Source: Mytilus trossulus (Eukaryota). Taken from it: a stretch of 64,000 nucleotides of DNA. The position numbers and the translations under genes are program-made. Under the pieces are notes generated by a model, which had not been told where the DNA came from, ran no database searches, and was given only the letters and a program-made list of their open reading frames with translations. The stretch's first letter is position 1, and every line of letters begins with the position of its first letter. The stretch is taken from the NCBI RefSeq assembly GCF_036588685.1, contig NC_086375.1, forward strand, positions 72,912,001 to 72,976,000, read 5' to 3'. Below are positions 52,833-64,000 of the stretch, in pieces.

Positions 52833-53250
52833 ATAGATATAGGAGGATGTGGTGTGAGTGCCAATGAGACAACTCTCCATCCAAATAACAATTTATAAAA
52901 GTAAACCATTATAGGTCAATGTACGGCCTTCAACACGGAGCCTTGGCTCACACCGAACAACAAGCTATTAAGGGCCCCAAAATTACTAGTGTAAAACCAT
53001 TCAAACGGGAAAACCAACGGTCTAATCTATGTATATAAAAAAAAGCGAGAAACGAGAAACACGTATAAATTACATAAACAAACGACAACTACTGTATAAA
53101 ATATTCGGCAAGATCCTCATTTTGTTGCGATTGTACATCAGATTCCTGACTTAGGACAGGTGCAAACATATGCAGCGGGATTAAACGTTTTAATGGTACC
53201 AAACCTTCTCCCTTTTTCTGAAACAATAGCATAACATCACAACATAGAAA
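52833..53250. mobile_element. SINE-like family B copy
   Basis: Matches 18757-19120 and contains ttcctgacttaggacagg. Confidence 0.75.
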
Positions 53251-53728
53251 AATGTCTGAATACCAGTAATTGCACAGATTAAACATTCCTTGCTGAATAT
53301 AGAAGTGAATATTACAGAGTTTGATAGGGAAATGGTCCAAAAGGAAGTTCTTTCCAAGTGTTAACAAATTGTAACCAGTTACAGCTGGTACTTTAAATGT
53401 AAAGAAGATGTTGAAAAGTACTATATTACAAGTTACTATATAGTAAATACGTTTTAATCAAGTTATCAATGTCAGGAATATTCGAAAACGTTTTGACATT
53501 TTTACAAGTAAATCCGGTGTTAAAAACGTAAACATATGTATCATGTTATTATGAAACGTACTTATAGAAGGAAGATTCTTGGGAGTGATTTGTCAATCGG
53601 CCTGACAACCGTGACCTGTATTAACCCATACTTAGGCAATACACATATGATGAATATTACCAAATATTCCGACAAGTCACCCGGTTAGAACATCTATTTA
53701 CAGAAATATCACATGATTCCGTTGGACG

Positions 53729-53793
53729 TATATAAACTAATTCTACTAATTCTGAACAGCAGCGCTGTTTAGGATCACACAGGTCAAATTAAG
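53729..53793 (+). promoter_or_regulatory. TATA box and short non-coding first exon of the Gly-rich protein gene
   Basis: TATATAAA at 53729-53736 and donor AAG|GTATGG at 53793/53794. An acceptor TTAG at 54901 lies two bases before the ATG at 54904. Confidence 0.6.
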
Positions 53794-54903
53794 GTATGGT
53801 CTTTAGTTTTCACAAGTCATTTGGTTTGGTTTTTGTTTAAAGCTGGGGTAGTGTATTTCTATATTCAATATTGAAAAGTTGATAAAATGCTAATATTAAA
53901 ATAGATTTATCATTTAACGAAACAAATGGAATCGAAATTTTCAACAAATTGCATTTAAAGGTGATTTCAAAAAAATATTACAAATTTAACTTGTTTGAAA
54001 AAAACAAGAACAAAATGCTTTAGTTTTGATATTAATTAAGATTGTCTTGATTATGCGTCAATTATTTGCCATTGAACGATCAGCAAACAACAACAACCTT
54101 AATCATAATTTATCGTATAAAAAAAATCAGCTAAATAATGGGAATGAGCTCAAACTCTTTAAAAATTGTACGAATTGGAATTGATATACTGGCTAAAGAC
54201 TGAATGCTAATGCATTTGAACGTTTTCCATTCTCAAAGGTTCATCGTTTATGAAGAGTGTAGTCGGGCCGATATTGCATGTCATTTTCAAATTATACAAA
54301 TTTTAAGTAAACCCCTTTTCAAAGAGGTAGAGCCATTCCTCCAGGGCTATTTAAAACCAAGTTTTCAAATTTAAAATATAAGTGACGATAACATGACAGC
54401 TTTGTTTGTACATCGGCAAATCTTTTTAAATGTTTACAATATCAAATGCCTATAAGTTTATCAAATCTGCAATTTTGGTTGATTTGGATTTTTTTGGGTT
54501 AATTATCGCAAAAATAAATAAGAAAGACACTCTTAACCAAATCCAATCTTTATAATTGTTTTAATGTCGTTCAATGATATATCTTTTTACGTAAGCATTT
54601 GAATTTCCGATTTAGTATCAAAACTGTCTGCAACAGCAATGTATAGAACTGAAAAACTTTTTGATTTATGGATAAGTGTAAAAAAAATATAATCTTCTTA
54701 ATGATGATCTTTAACATTCAAATTAAATTCAAAGAATATAAAACTTTTACAATAATTTTTTAGGCTTTTGTGTGAATATATCTTTATATATGCTGTCGTC
54801 GCAGTCTGAAAGAAACTTAATATGAATGATTTTTATTAAATCATTACAATTACAATGTTTTTATAATAAAATTATTACATTGTTCAAAGTTAAATAATTA
54901 GGT

Positions 54904-55221
54904 ATGGCGACCATGAAGTTAGTACTTGCCCTTGCTGTTGTCGTTGCCTATGTTGAGGCAGGTGGGTATGGTCATGGTGGAGGACACGGAGGAGGATATG
55001 GTGGAGGACACGGAAGAGGATATGGAGGATATGGCGGGGGTTATAGGATGGGATATGGAGGAGGATACGGTAAAGGAGGAGGATACGGAAAGGGATACGG
55101 AGGAGGATACGGAAAAGGATATGGAGGAGGATACGGAAAAGGATACGGAGGAGGATACGGAGGCGGATACGGAGGCGGATACGGTGGTGGATACGGGGGT
55201 GGATACGGTGGAGGTATGTAA
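54904..55221 (+). CDS. Secreted Gly/Tyr-rich structural protein (GGGY/GYGK repeats), 105 aa
   Basis: Signal peptide MATMKLVLALAVVVAYVEA, then a mature region almost entirely of G, Y, K and H. AATAAA at 55306 and 55319. Confidence 0.9.
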   Translation: MATMKLVLALAVVVAYVEAGGYGHGGGHGGGYGGGHGRGYGGYGGGYRMGYGGGYGKGGGYGKGYGGGYGKGYGGGYGKGYGGGYGGGYGGGYGGGYGGGYGGGM

Positions 55222-55829
55222 AGCTATTTTATTAGTAATTTTGCCATTTATAGCATATGGAAATGTCCAGCTAGAGACATATCTGAAATATATTTTGCTT
55301 TCTTAAATAAATGTTAAAAATAAAGTTTTTGTAAAAAAACTGGATGTCCCTTGGCTTGTCTGCCCACTTTTGATAAAAAAAAAAAATGAACCTGTTTAAC
55401 TTGTAATTTCTTGTACTGGTTCTTTTATCTCAATGTATTTTGATAAGATTGTTTTGTCATATATGCCAAGTCTCTGCCTGTTTAATGGTATTTCTAAACT
55501 TGTATTTTCAACCTTTTGTGTTACTTTTTGTAAATCGATAATCATAAGTGCTTATCCGTCGATTTTGGTGTTTCTCCCGAACCTCTAAACATCTTTGTAT
55601 GTATAAATCAACGCGATATTGGCGTGTCTGCGGTTTATCAAAACAATTGAAAAAAAAATGATCCTTTAAATAAACTTATTCTAAAAAGTTACCAACACTG
55701 TAATTAGATCATTAAATATTGTTTTATTGGTATTAATATTGATTTTGTTATCAGTAAATTAAAAGCAAACTTAATATTATTGTTATATACATATACACAT
55801 TCATGGCTCTACAATCTGTCGATACTGGT

Positions 55830-56485
55830 ATCTTGGCATTGCACAAGGTCATGTTTTTCTCTGACTGTTTGAGACGTCTTTACACGAAATCCAAAGGATG
55901 TTGGGTGTGTTCTGATTGATAATTTAGACTAGGATACGGTTTTTTTAAATGTTGTTAGTTGGTTTGAACAGCTCTCAGTAACTGTGAGTACTCTCAGATC
56001 TGTACTTAGTGCCTTTTTGTTGTTGGGATGTATAAGTATCCGGCCACGTCCACTTGTATTTGTATTTCTATCCATCTGAAGAGTTAATCCTTTTCAACCG
56101 ATTTTTATAGTCCGTTCTTACGTTGTACTGTTTCACCACCGTCATAGGTTAGTATGCTGGTTTGGTTCCCGCTAACATGTAAAAACCGACACATTCTGCA
56201 TGTTGATGACTGTCCCAAAGCAGGAGCCTGTAATTTAGTGGCTGTCATTTGTTTATGTGTTACATATTTTTTTTTCATCATTTTTAGTACATAAATAAGG
56301 CCGTCTGTTTTCTCGTTTGAATTGTTTTACATTGTCATTTCGGGGCCTTTTATAGCTGACTATGTTGTATTGGCTTTGTTCATTGTTGAAGGCTGTACAA
56401 TGACCTATATTCGTTAATTTCTGTGTCATTTGGTCTCTTGTTGAGATATTTCTCATTGGCAATCGTACCACATCTTCTTTTTTAT
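55830..56485 (+). mobile_element. SINE-like family B/C copy
   Basis: Matches 38345-38662 and the reverse complement of 41198-42155. Confidence 0.75.
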
Positions 56486-57065
56486 ATGAGCCTACATGAT
56501 ATTTGTTCACACGATATTTGTTCACATAATAACATTACCATCTGAATTAAATTTTACACAAAACTGTGTAAATGCAGTCCTTTTATTTAAGAAAATGATA
56601 AAAATCATATGATAATGGTGCTCTTATTAAAAGTGCTCTTATTAAAAACAAATTTGCATAATAACTTTTTGTAAAATCATTTTCTAGCTAAATTATAAAC
56701 CTTCATGCCAAACACTTTAATTGTTTTTGGATGAAGATATGTGTTGTCACCTGAAAATCAATGAATGTTTGTTAAAGAACTATACTTCATGATGATTGGC
56801 TTCCAGAAACTTGGTTATTATATTATAATAACTTATGACGATGACATTAGAATATGAAAGAGGCATTATCATAAAAGAATATTTCTGTATTTTAAAAAAT
56901 CCAGAACACATTTCGCCGTCTTTGTTTAATTGTCAATCCAAAAATCAGTAATAATACTAGTTTTGAAAAAAAATGTGTTATTCGATAAAAGTATAGAGCA
57001 TATATAGAAGTATTGTTAGATATTTACCGATCCCAGTTCATTATACTATTATTATTATTTTGAAG

Positions 57066-57481
57066 GTGGATATAGCAGCGGATATGGCTATGGAACTTAT
57101 GGTAGCATCATGCCATATAGTTCAGGCTCATACCTCGGCGGTGCATCTACATACCCATCATATGGCGGATCTAGCAACTATCTATACGGAAATTCTGGTT
57201 CCTACTTAGCTGGTGGTAGCTATCCAAGCTACACTGGTGTTGGAGGTTTTGGAGGTGCCTCAGGATTTGGAGGTGTTGGCGGTCTTGGTGGTGTCGGAGG
57301 TTTAGGAGGTGCTGGAGGGTTTGGAGGTGTTGGAGGTTTAGGAGGTGGTGCAGGGTTTGGCGGTGTTGGAGGTCTCGGTGGTGTCGGTGGCGGATATTAT
57401 GCCGGTGGTGCCTATGCACCATCAACATCAATCTACTCTGGTTCTGCACCTGTGTACAGTGGTACAAGTTTGGTAGGATAA
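57066..57481 (+). CDS. Coding exon for a second Gly-rich domain (Tyr/Ser-rich flanks, GGVGGL/GGF core; shematrin-like composition)
   Basis: Acceptor ttatttttgAAG|GT at 57065/57066 (phase 1). The frame is open upstream of the annotated ATG (GGYSSGYGYGTYGSIMPYSSG...) through to TAA at 57479-57481. The exon has no signal peptide of its own. Confidence 0.8.
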
Positions 57482-58928
57482 GCAAATAGCGTGTATGTAT
57501 ACTTTCAAGCTAATCATTTTGACGTCCTTATATTTTAAGCAACAAGTCAGTGATTAAGAGTCGGAATAATATTAACAATATTTTACATACGATAACAATA
57601 GCTTTTACATGTTGATTTTAAGGCATTTAAGCACATAATTACTTCAAAAGAGCTATTTATTTCATCACGATAACTTAAAACAAGTTAACTACATGCAAGT
57701 GCATATTTCTAGTTGTCAGCTAAAAAATAGAATGAAAGACGGCAACATAATTTGTTAAGTCCGATACAGTTTGATATAGCAATTCTTTGGTTTTAAGAAA
57801 AACCACCGCCGAAATGTACTTATTGAACAAGGTATGAATATAATATTTGTAACCTGTTTTATGTATTTTATTTCAATAGATGTGTCATAAGTCATCAGAA
57901 GAGGTTGTCCAAAGTACAGATTCTGGTATAGCAGCTGTTAAATTTCAAGAAACTCTTTCCAAATAAATCATTTGAAATAAGCTTGATTTTTATGTGTTTT
58001 TTTTATACAAGAATTATACCTTCTTAACGTAGACCGAGACGTAGACCTATCATTATAATAGCGTAAAAAGGTGAATTTTCAGAATGGTTGTTTCTTGTAG
58101 GACCGAGTAAGCTATATACCTTTTATGCTGGTATCTTGTAGGATCTATTTCAGGGTGGGTAAATTGACCTTCGACGGAATGTTATCAATCTGTGCTGTTG
58201 ATTTGGTCATGATAAGTGCTGATGGTCGTTATAATAACATATGCAAACAAAGACGAAAAAGATGAATTTTGAAGTTTTCTCGAATAAAATTTGAAGAGCA
58301 ATAATTGAAATGTTTAATTTTTTGTTTCTTATGGGTTCACATGTAAGCAATTAAAACTTAGCCCTCTCCGCTGTCTAGTATGCGTTACACGAAAGTGCTC
58401 ATTTTAAAAACATTTATGATTGGAAATATATTTAACCAAACTGCTTTGGAATCCGACTTTGATAAAGAAATCCGCCTTATGTGCGGTGCTTGTGATTTGT
58501 GATAAGTATAGTTCTTCCTCATTTGAACCAAATGTTTCAGAATCTATACAATATTGGGAATCAAATGGTATTCAATTGTATTTTGCGGCTATTTTTATAT
58601 TTGGACATCCACTTGCCTGTATACTATGAGTTTTGATAGATGCTTTACTTCATACATACTTAAAGGCAACCAATACAGAAAATCCTTCTTCCTTTTCCTC
58701 AGTTCAGATTTTGACACAAGTGAAAGAAAATGTGGTTAATGTACACTTAATAATATTTTATTTAGCACTATATCTTTATATATTTGTACACAAATTATCA
58801 AACATATAACAGTTACTTTTATCATGTAAGTCAATAACCATGATTACAAATGTTGCTACTCAAATCGGACCTCACTAAAAAGGCAAACAACGGCTTCATG
58901 TATCAAACACGCACATTATATTTAATTC

Positions 58929-59246
58929 TCAACTGCGACCAGCAGAGTCGGACCAATTCCATATGCATTTGATGTCAGCATCTGTCTCTGTAAAGCTTTC
59001 TGTTCTTCTCCTTTTTGTGTTTGATTCACCGTCATTGCTACAGACGAAAAGTCTCTTCTTAACCTTCTGTCCCCTTTTTGTTGAATTTATTACTGAAAGT
59101 TCTGTTGAAATAACTTCTAATTCTTTCAGAAGGAATTCGTCAAGGCGGTTGATATCAAGCTGTGGGTAGTCTGGTTTTTTAGCCGATGATTTGATAAAGT
59201 TATCGGGTATAGTTAATGAGATGTTCTTTTCGGCATTTATAGACAT
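58929..59246 (-). CDS. Hypothetical intronless 105-aa protein with basic clusters (KKR, KRRR)
   Basis: ATG-initiated ORF in non-repetitive DNA with normal protein composition. Upstream TATATATAA (59360-59352) and AAGATGGCG (YY1-type) motifs, and a downstream AATAAA (58762-58757). Confidence 0.45.
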   Translation of the reverse strand: MSINAEKNISLTIPDNFIKSSAKKPDYPQLDINRLDEFLLKELEVISTELSVINSTKRGQKVKKRLFVCSNDGESNTKRRRTESFTETDADIKCIWNWSDSAGRS

Positions 59247-60087
59247 CGGTGATTGACATGTTGTTGCGCCATCTTGAAGTGTCTTGAGATAACAATCTAA
59301 ATCCTTGGAACTCGGCTGTAATGGCTTTTCTGTAATAGGAAAGCATTCTGATTATATATAATAAATTAATCATGTAATTGTTAGTGGATAACAAGATAAT
59401 AAACCAAGTACAGGAATAACGTACAATAAATTATATGTGACAAATTCTTATGTTTTATGTTGTCACAAATGAAATAGCAAGATAACTTCCGTCGAATTGT
59501 GATTAAAAAAAAATAACAGAAAAAGAAATCATGGTTTGTGTACAGTGAATATATATATATTTGTGTTTGTGTGTTTTCTTTTGAAATACTTAATGCCGAA
59601 TTAACTGGTACATCACACATAACACATCCCCTTTGAGAGAAAAAAAAACAACGTTTAATTGGTGTCGAAATAAGAAAAGGGCAAACATATCTATGTAAAA
59701 CTGTCTTGTAAGAAATTATTTCTAGAAACATGTCACAAGATTTAATTTTACCAGCGTCGCCGAAGGCCGAACAAGTCTAGTATCCTCACGACTCCGTCCG
59801 TCTGTCAAAAAGACCGTGTATAGGAAACTCTCGTCTTCTACTCAAGAAATGATTTTATATTTGTTTTGAAGCTTGATAATGACGAGTTGTAGCTTGTAAG
59901 CATACTTTTTTTGGTTATATCCGCCGTGCAGTCACTACATTGTAAAAAGAAAATTTTGGCTGTCAATGTTTTCTTGCCATCAATGAAAAGCAATGATCTG
60001 TTATGCTTCAGTATAAGTCAAGTGCAATTTCAATCATTTGCATGCAGCGACACATGCTCAGACCCGATAAAAGGCATGTTTTTCTTT

Positions 60088-60547
60088 CTTCTCCAAGCCT
60101 TGAATTTTATTTTTGTCGTCGTCGGAGGCGGCGTACATAAATATTAATTCTGTGGTTAAAGTTTTTGAAATTTTAATAACTTTCTTAAACTATACTGATT
60201 TCTACCAAACTTGGACAGAAGCTTGTTTATGATCATAAGATAGTATCCAGAAGTAAACTTTTGTTAAAAAAAATAAAATCCATTTTTTCCATATTTTACT
60301 TTTGATTGGACTTAGTTTTGCTGCGGGAAAACATTACATTCACTCTGTGGTTAAAGATTTTAAAATTTTAATTACTTTCTTAAACTATCCTGGTTTTGTA
60401 CCAAACTTGGACAGAAGCTTCTTACGCTCAAAAGATTGCAACAAGAGGAATATTTTTATTAATTTATTCCTCATTTTTATTGAGCCTGCGATTTACAGCA
60501 AAAGAAGGCGAGACCCTGGGTTTCCGCGGAACCCTTACAAATTTTTA
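60088..60547 (+). mobile_element. HINE-like element with two ~195-bp internal units
   Basis: cgtcgtcgg..ggcggcg microsatellite. ctgtggttaaag.tttt.aaattttaat..ctttct.aaactat occurs at 60150 and 60345. 3' end aaggcgagac.ctgggtttccgcggaaccc hairpin plus a T-run. Confidence 0.7.
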
Positions 60548-62389
60548 AATTGGTACATTGCATATATTGATGAAATATTGTCAGTAGTTCTCACATGTCA
60601 GATCTTAACATTTTTCGTTATTTACAATAGTTTGGTGTTGATGGACATACGTTTAGAAATATGCTACCATATTAAAAGATACAAGCTTTTTTATATAAGA
60701 GACTGTGAATTATAGTACAACTTAAAACGAATTTTTGGGAGTGGTTCTGGTGAAAAATAAATGCATGGACAATTGAACGTACCTCTTTGTAATTTTTTGC
60801 TGACCTCGTTGGAATTTGCATTAATTCTAATGGTAAGAAATAAATTCATAATTGAGGATGTTCGCTTGTCATGATTTGGAATATCAGATTGTCGAAATTC
60901 TCTGGTTTTATTCATTAGAATGCCTTAAACAATTTTGCCAATTGACACCAATTTTTTTTCTTTTTACTATTTTTTACATATACACTTATACATCTATAAA
61001 AGTCTTATAAAATCGTTGTTATTTTTAAAATAGGGGTTGAGACCTTAAACCTGTCAATGATAAAGCTATGAAAATCAAGAGAGAACATTTTCCCGCCAAA
61101 ATGTCAATGGCTAATATATCGCTAACTAGCACATTGACCTATATTTTGTTTTGCTCATTTGGTTCCTTTAATAATCCTCAATCAATATAGTCTAGTGTTA
61201 CGAAAAGCTTGTTATTTTGAAACTGAGTAGCGAACCTCCTTAAATTCTGCCTTTCCAATTTTGATTCGGAACCCACTTTAAACAAACACATTTGAAATCG
61301 TGCAATAAATCTTTTGTTCACCAACCTTAAATGGGTTCTTAAATGTTTTATGCAAAGAGATATTGCCGGGAAATTCAGTTTCATCATTCCTATTGATTAT
61401 CATTAAAACTTGTACACCCCGGAGAGCCAAAATGAGAGCGTCGGAGACGAGTTTGGGACAATGTTATGATTATCTTATGCATAGATCTATATCTTCAGAA
61501 GGTTCTTGACTTCTGATATCATTTAATACAATTAAATTTGACAAAATAAATTAATTCTTACCACTGAATAATGAGAAAAACTGGTCTTTCAATGTATTGT
61601 CAGGTGTGCACATGAGGTCTAAATAATGGAACGTTAAATCAAAATCACTCTGTGTTGCAGTATCGATCTTCATGTTGAAACTCAAACTGGAATATGACAT
61701 CCAAGATGCCTGGACATCCTTGTATTTACAATCCCCGACATTGACTGACTGTCACGCTGACAAGCCGATAGATATATAACACAGCACCCATATGTTTATA
61801 GTATGTGTTAATTGTCAGAGTATATACCACACCAAAAGATGAAAGATAAATAAAATTATGAGTACTTTATAGTTTCTGTCTATAATTATTAGCACATGCT
61901 GTTGTTAGGTAATAAATGATTAATTTATGTACGTGAAAAATGTTGATTTAACTTAAAATACGCTGATCATTCACAGATATAGATCATAAATGAATTTATC
62001 CATGATTTATTGCACACAACACTTGCATTCGAACAATTTGTCCGATATTGCTGATATAAATCTTTGATAACAATTCTATGCACATAGACCATATTGCAAT
62101 TTTCCCATGACGTCGTCAGTTAATTTTCAAGTTGACTTGAGTTTAATTAAGTGTCTCTGTAATACTATTACCCCTCTTTTAATAGAAATTTACTTTCTTT
62201 ATGGACAAACCTCCGGTAAAATAGATGCGGCAAAATAAACAATTGTGATATATATAATATAAAAAAAAAGAAAAAAATGTATATCAAAATCCTTTATTTT
62301 ATTTACCAACAGGCAAAGAATCTTTTTAAACAAAAGAACAGTTGCCTCCCATTCAACATAGCAAGGAATTGTATACTTATTATAGCATT

Positions 62390-62665
62390 TTTGCGTCTGT
62401 CCCAAGTCAGGAGCCTATGGCCTTTGTTAATCTTGTATTAGTTTATTTTAGTTTCTTGTGTATAATTTGGAGTTTAGCAATGCATATCGTTCATTATCAC
62501 TGAACTAGTATATATGTTGTTTAGGGGCCAGCTGAAGGACGGACGCCTCCGGGTGCGGGAATTTCTCGCTGCATTGAAGACCTATTGGTGACCTTCTGCT
62601 GTTGTCTATTCTATGGTCGGGTTGTTGTCTCTTTGACACATTCCCCATTTCCATTCTGAATTTTA
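62390..62665 (+). mobile_element. SINE-like family A copy
   Basis: Matches 46757-47023. Confidence 0.75.
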
Positions 62666-62803
62666 TACTATATACCAATTCTAAATATGTTGACCGCAGT
62701 TTTGTTAATCTAGTCAAGATTAGTTTGCTTGGAATATTTGTTAATTGAAAAATGGGACTTCTAAGTAGTTCAGTGCTTTAAATATGACAGTGTTTAAGAT
62801 TCT

Positions 62804-63580
62804 GGGCCAGGTTTCACGAAGCTGTCTTAGGACTAAGTCATGTCTTATGATGGTCTTATGACATATCTTAGTCCTGAGTGGGTTTCAAAACGTGGTCCTA
62901 AATTAGAACATTTCTTTAAGTTGGTCATAAAGTTAGGACTACATGAGAGGTGTCTTATGATGGTCTTAGGATAATCATAAGTTTTTTCATATAAACTACA
63001 CTCATTTTTATATTAATTTTGTAATTTATCTTGATATTATATTATTATCTATTCTCCTTTTCCTGCTTATAACTTAATCTTTATAGATTGACGGATTATC
63101 ATGGTTTGTCAACAATGAAAATTCAATGTATTGATATCAAGAATACACGATTTTATCCTTTTCCCTTTTATAACCGAAGTGGAAAATGAATTCAACTCAC
63201 TTGTACATAAACATATGCATAATTCTATTCTTTTTTATTCTCTATTTTGTATTAAACATTTCATATATATATATTGGTGAAATATTTATAATTGTTAATT
63301 TTTATATAAATTGCCTTTTTATTAATTGATACGTTAACTTTAAATACAGTAGTTTATGGTAAAGATATTCTACATTTACAAGATTTTTTCCGTAAATCAA
63401 TGTTTATATTTGAAAATTTTAAAAACTAGCGACAGGTTTAGGATATCTTTGCATAGATCATCTAAGACAGCTTCGAGACGAGGTCTGAGATATGTCCTTG
63501 GATAGTCATAAGAGGACCATAAGACATGTCTTAAGATATATCTTATGACATGTCTTAGGATAGCTTCGTGAAACCGGCCC
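62804..63580. mobile_element. MITE (probably PIF/Harbinger-type) with TCTTA-rich subterminal repeats and an AT-rich core
   Basis: gggcc(a)ggtttcacgaagct ... agcttcgtgaaaccggccc. Repeated tcttag/tcttatga motifs at both ends. TSD ambiguous. Confidence 0.75.
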
Positions 63581-64000
63581 TAGATTGCTAAAAACGAGTT
63601 TTTACTAAAACGGTTATTAGTAAAAGCATCACCAGAGTTTTAACATAACATTATAAGCTACGTTTTTCACGTAGGTATTCCATAGACACCCATGTACTCC
63701 AAAAACTCGACCATCAATGATTATACTGACTATAAGGCATACCATGTCTATACGATCAGCAGGTCTTCACTGAAGTCTTCATCATCAGTCATAATTATAC
63801 AAAGAAAATTTCTGCAATTTGCCCTGTGTGTTTCACAATCACTGAAAACATTAAGGATGAATCATTGACGTGGCAAAATGACACTTTGTTAGTCAAACAA
63901 ATGGAAAGGTGCTAATGCAATTTGGTTTGTTTGTCGATAAGAAACTGTAAGACAAATTGCAGACGTGCACAACAGATGTAGGTGTCGCATCTTATGGCTT

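Noticed and set aside
54926-55306. Acidic 126-aa overlapping ORF (DTEE repeats) in another frame of the Gly-rich gene
   Set aside because: It starts at TTG and is the expected off-frame reading of GGA-GGA-TAC repeats. There is no independent evidence.
57171-57485. His/Gln/Leu-rich minus-strand ORF
   Set aside because: It is the antisense shadow of the GGN-rich exon.

Overview
AT-rich eukaryotic genomic DNA. The repeat families and gene content point to a bivalve mollusc, probably a mytilid (inference). Genes I could assemble by hand from GT-AG splice sites and reading-frame phase are: (1) a minus-strand secreted, acidic Glu/Gln/Thr/Asn-rich protein that runs off the left edge and is missed by the ORF track; (2) an 8-coding-exon BRMS1/BRMS1L (Sds3-like family) gene; (3) COA6 on the minus strand, head-to-head with (4) NAA30; (5) a locus for secreted Gly/Tyr-rich structural proteins, in which one signal-peptide segment may serve two different Gly-rich mature domains; and (6) a possible intronless orphan gene of 105 aa. 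The rest is dense, often nested, non-autonomous mobile DNA: SINE-like repeats, Helentron/HINE-like elements with internal tandem arrays, Kolobok- and Harbinger-type MITEs and a foldback-like element. It also holds a 5.7-kb element with CAC termini and a 5-bp target duplication (Transib-like) and a ~330-bp tandem array derived from a MITE end. No transposase ORF, RNA gene or CRISPR array was recognised. All calls are by eye, with no database searches.
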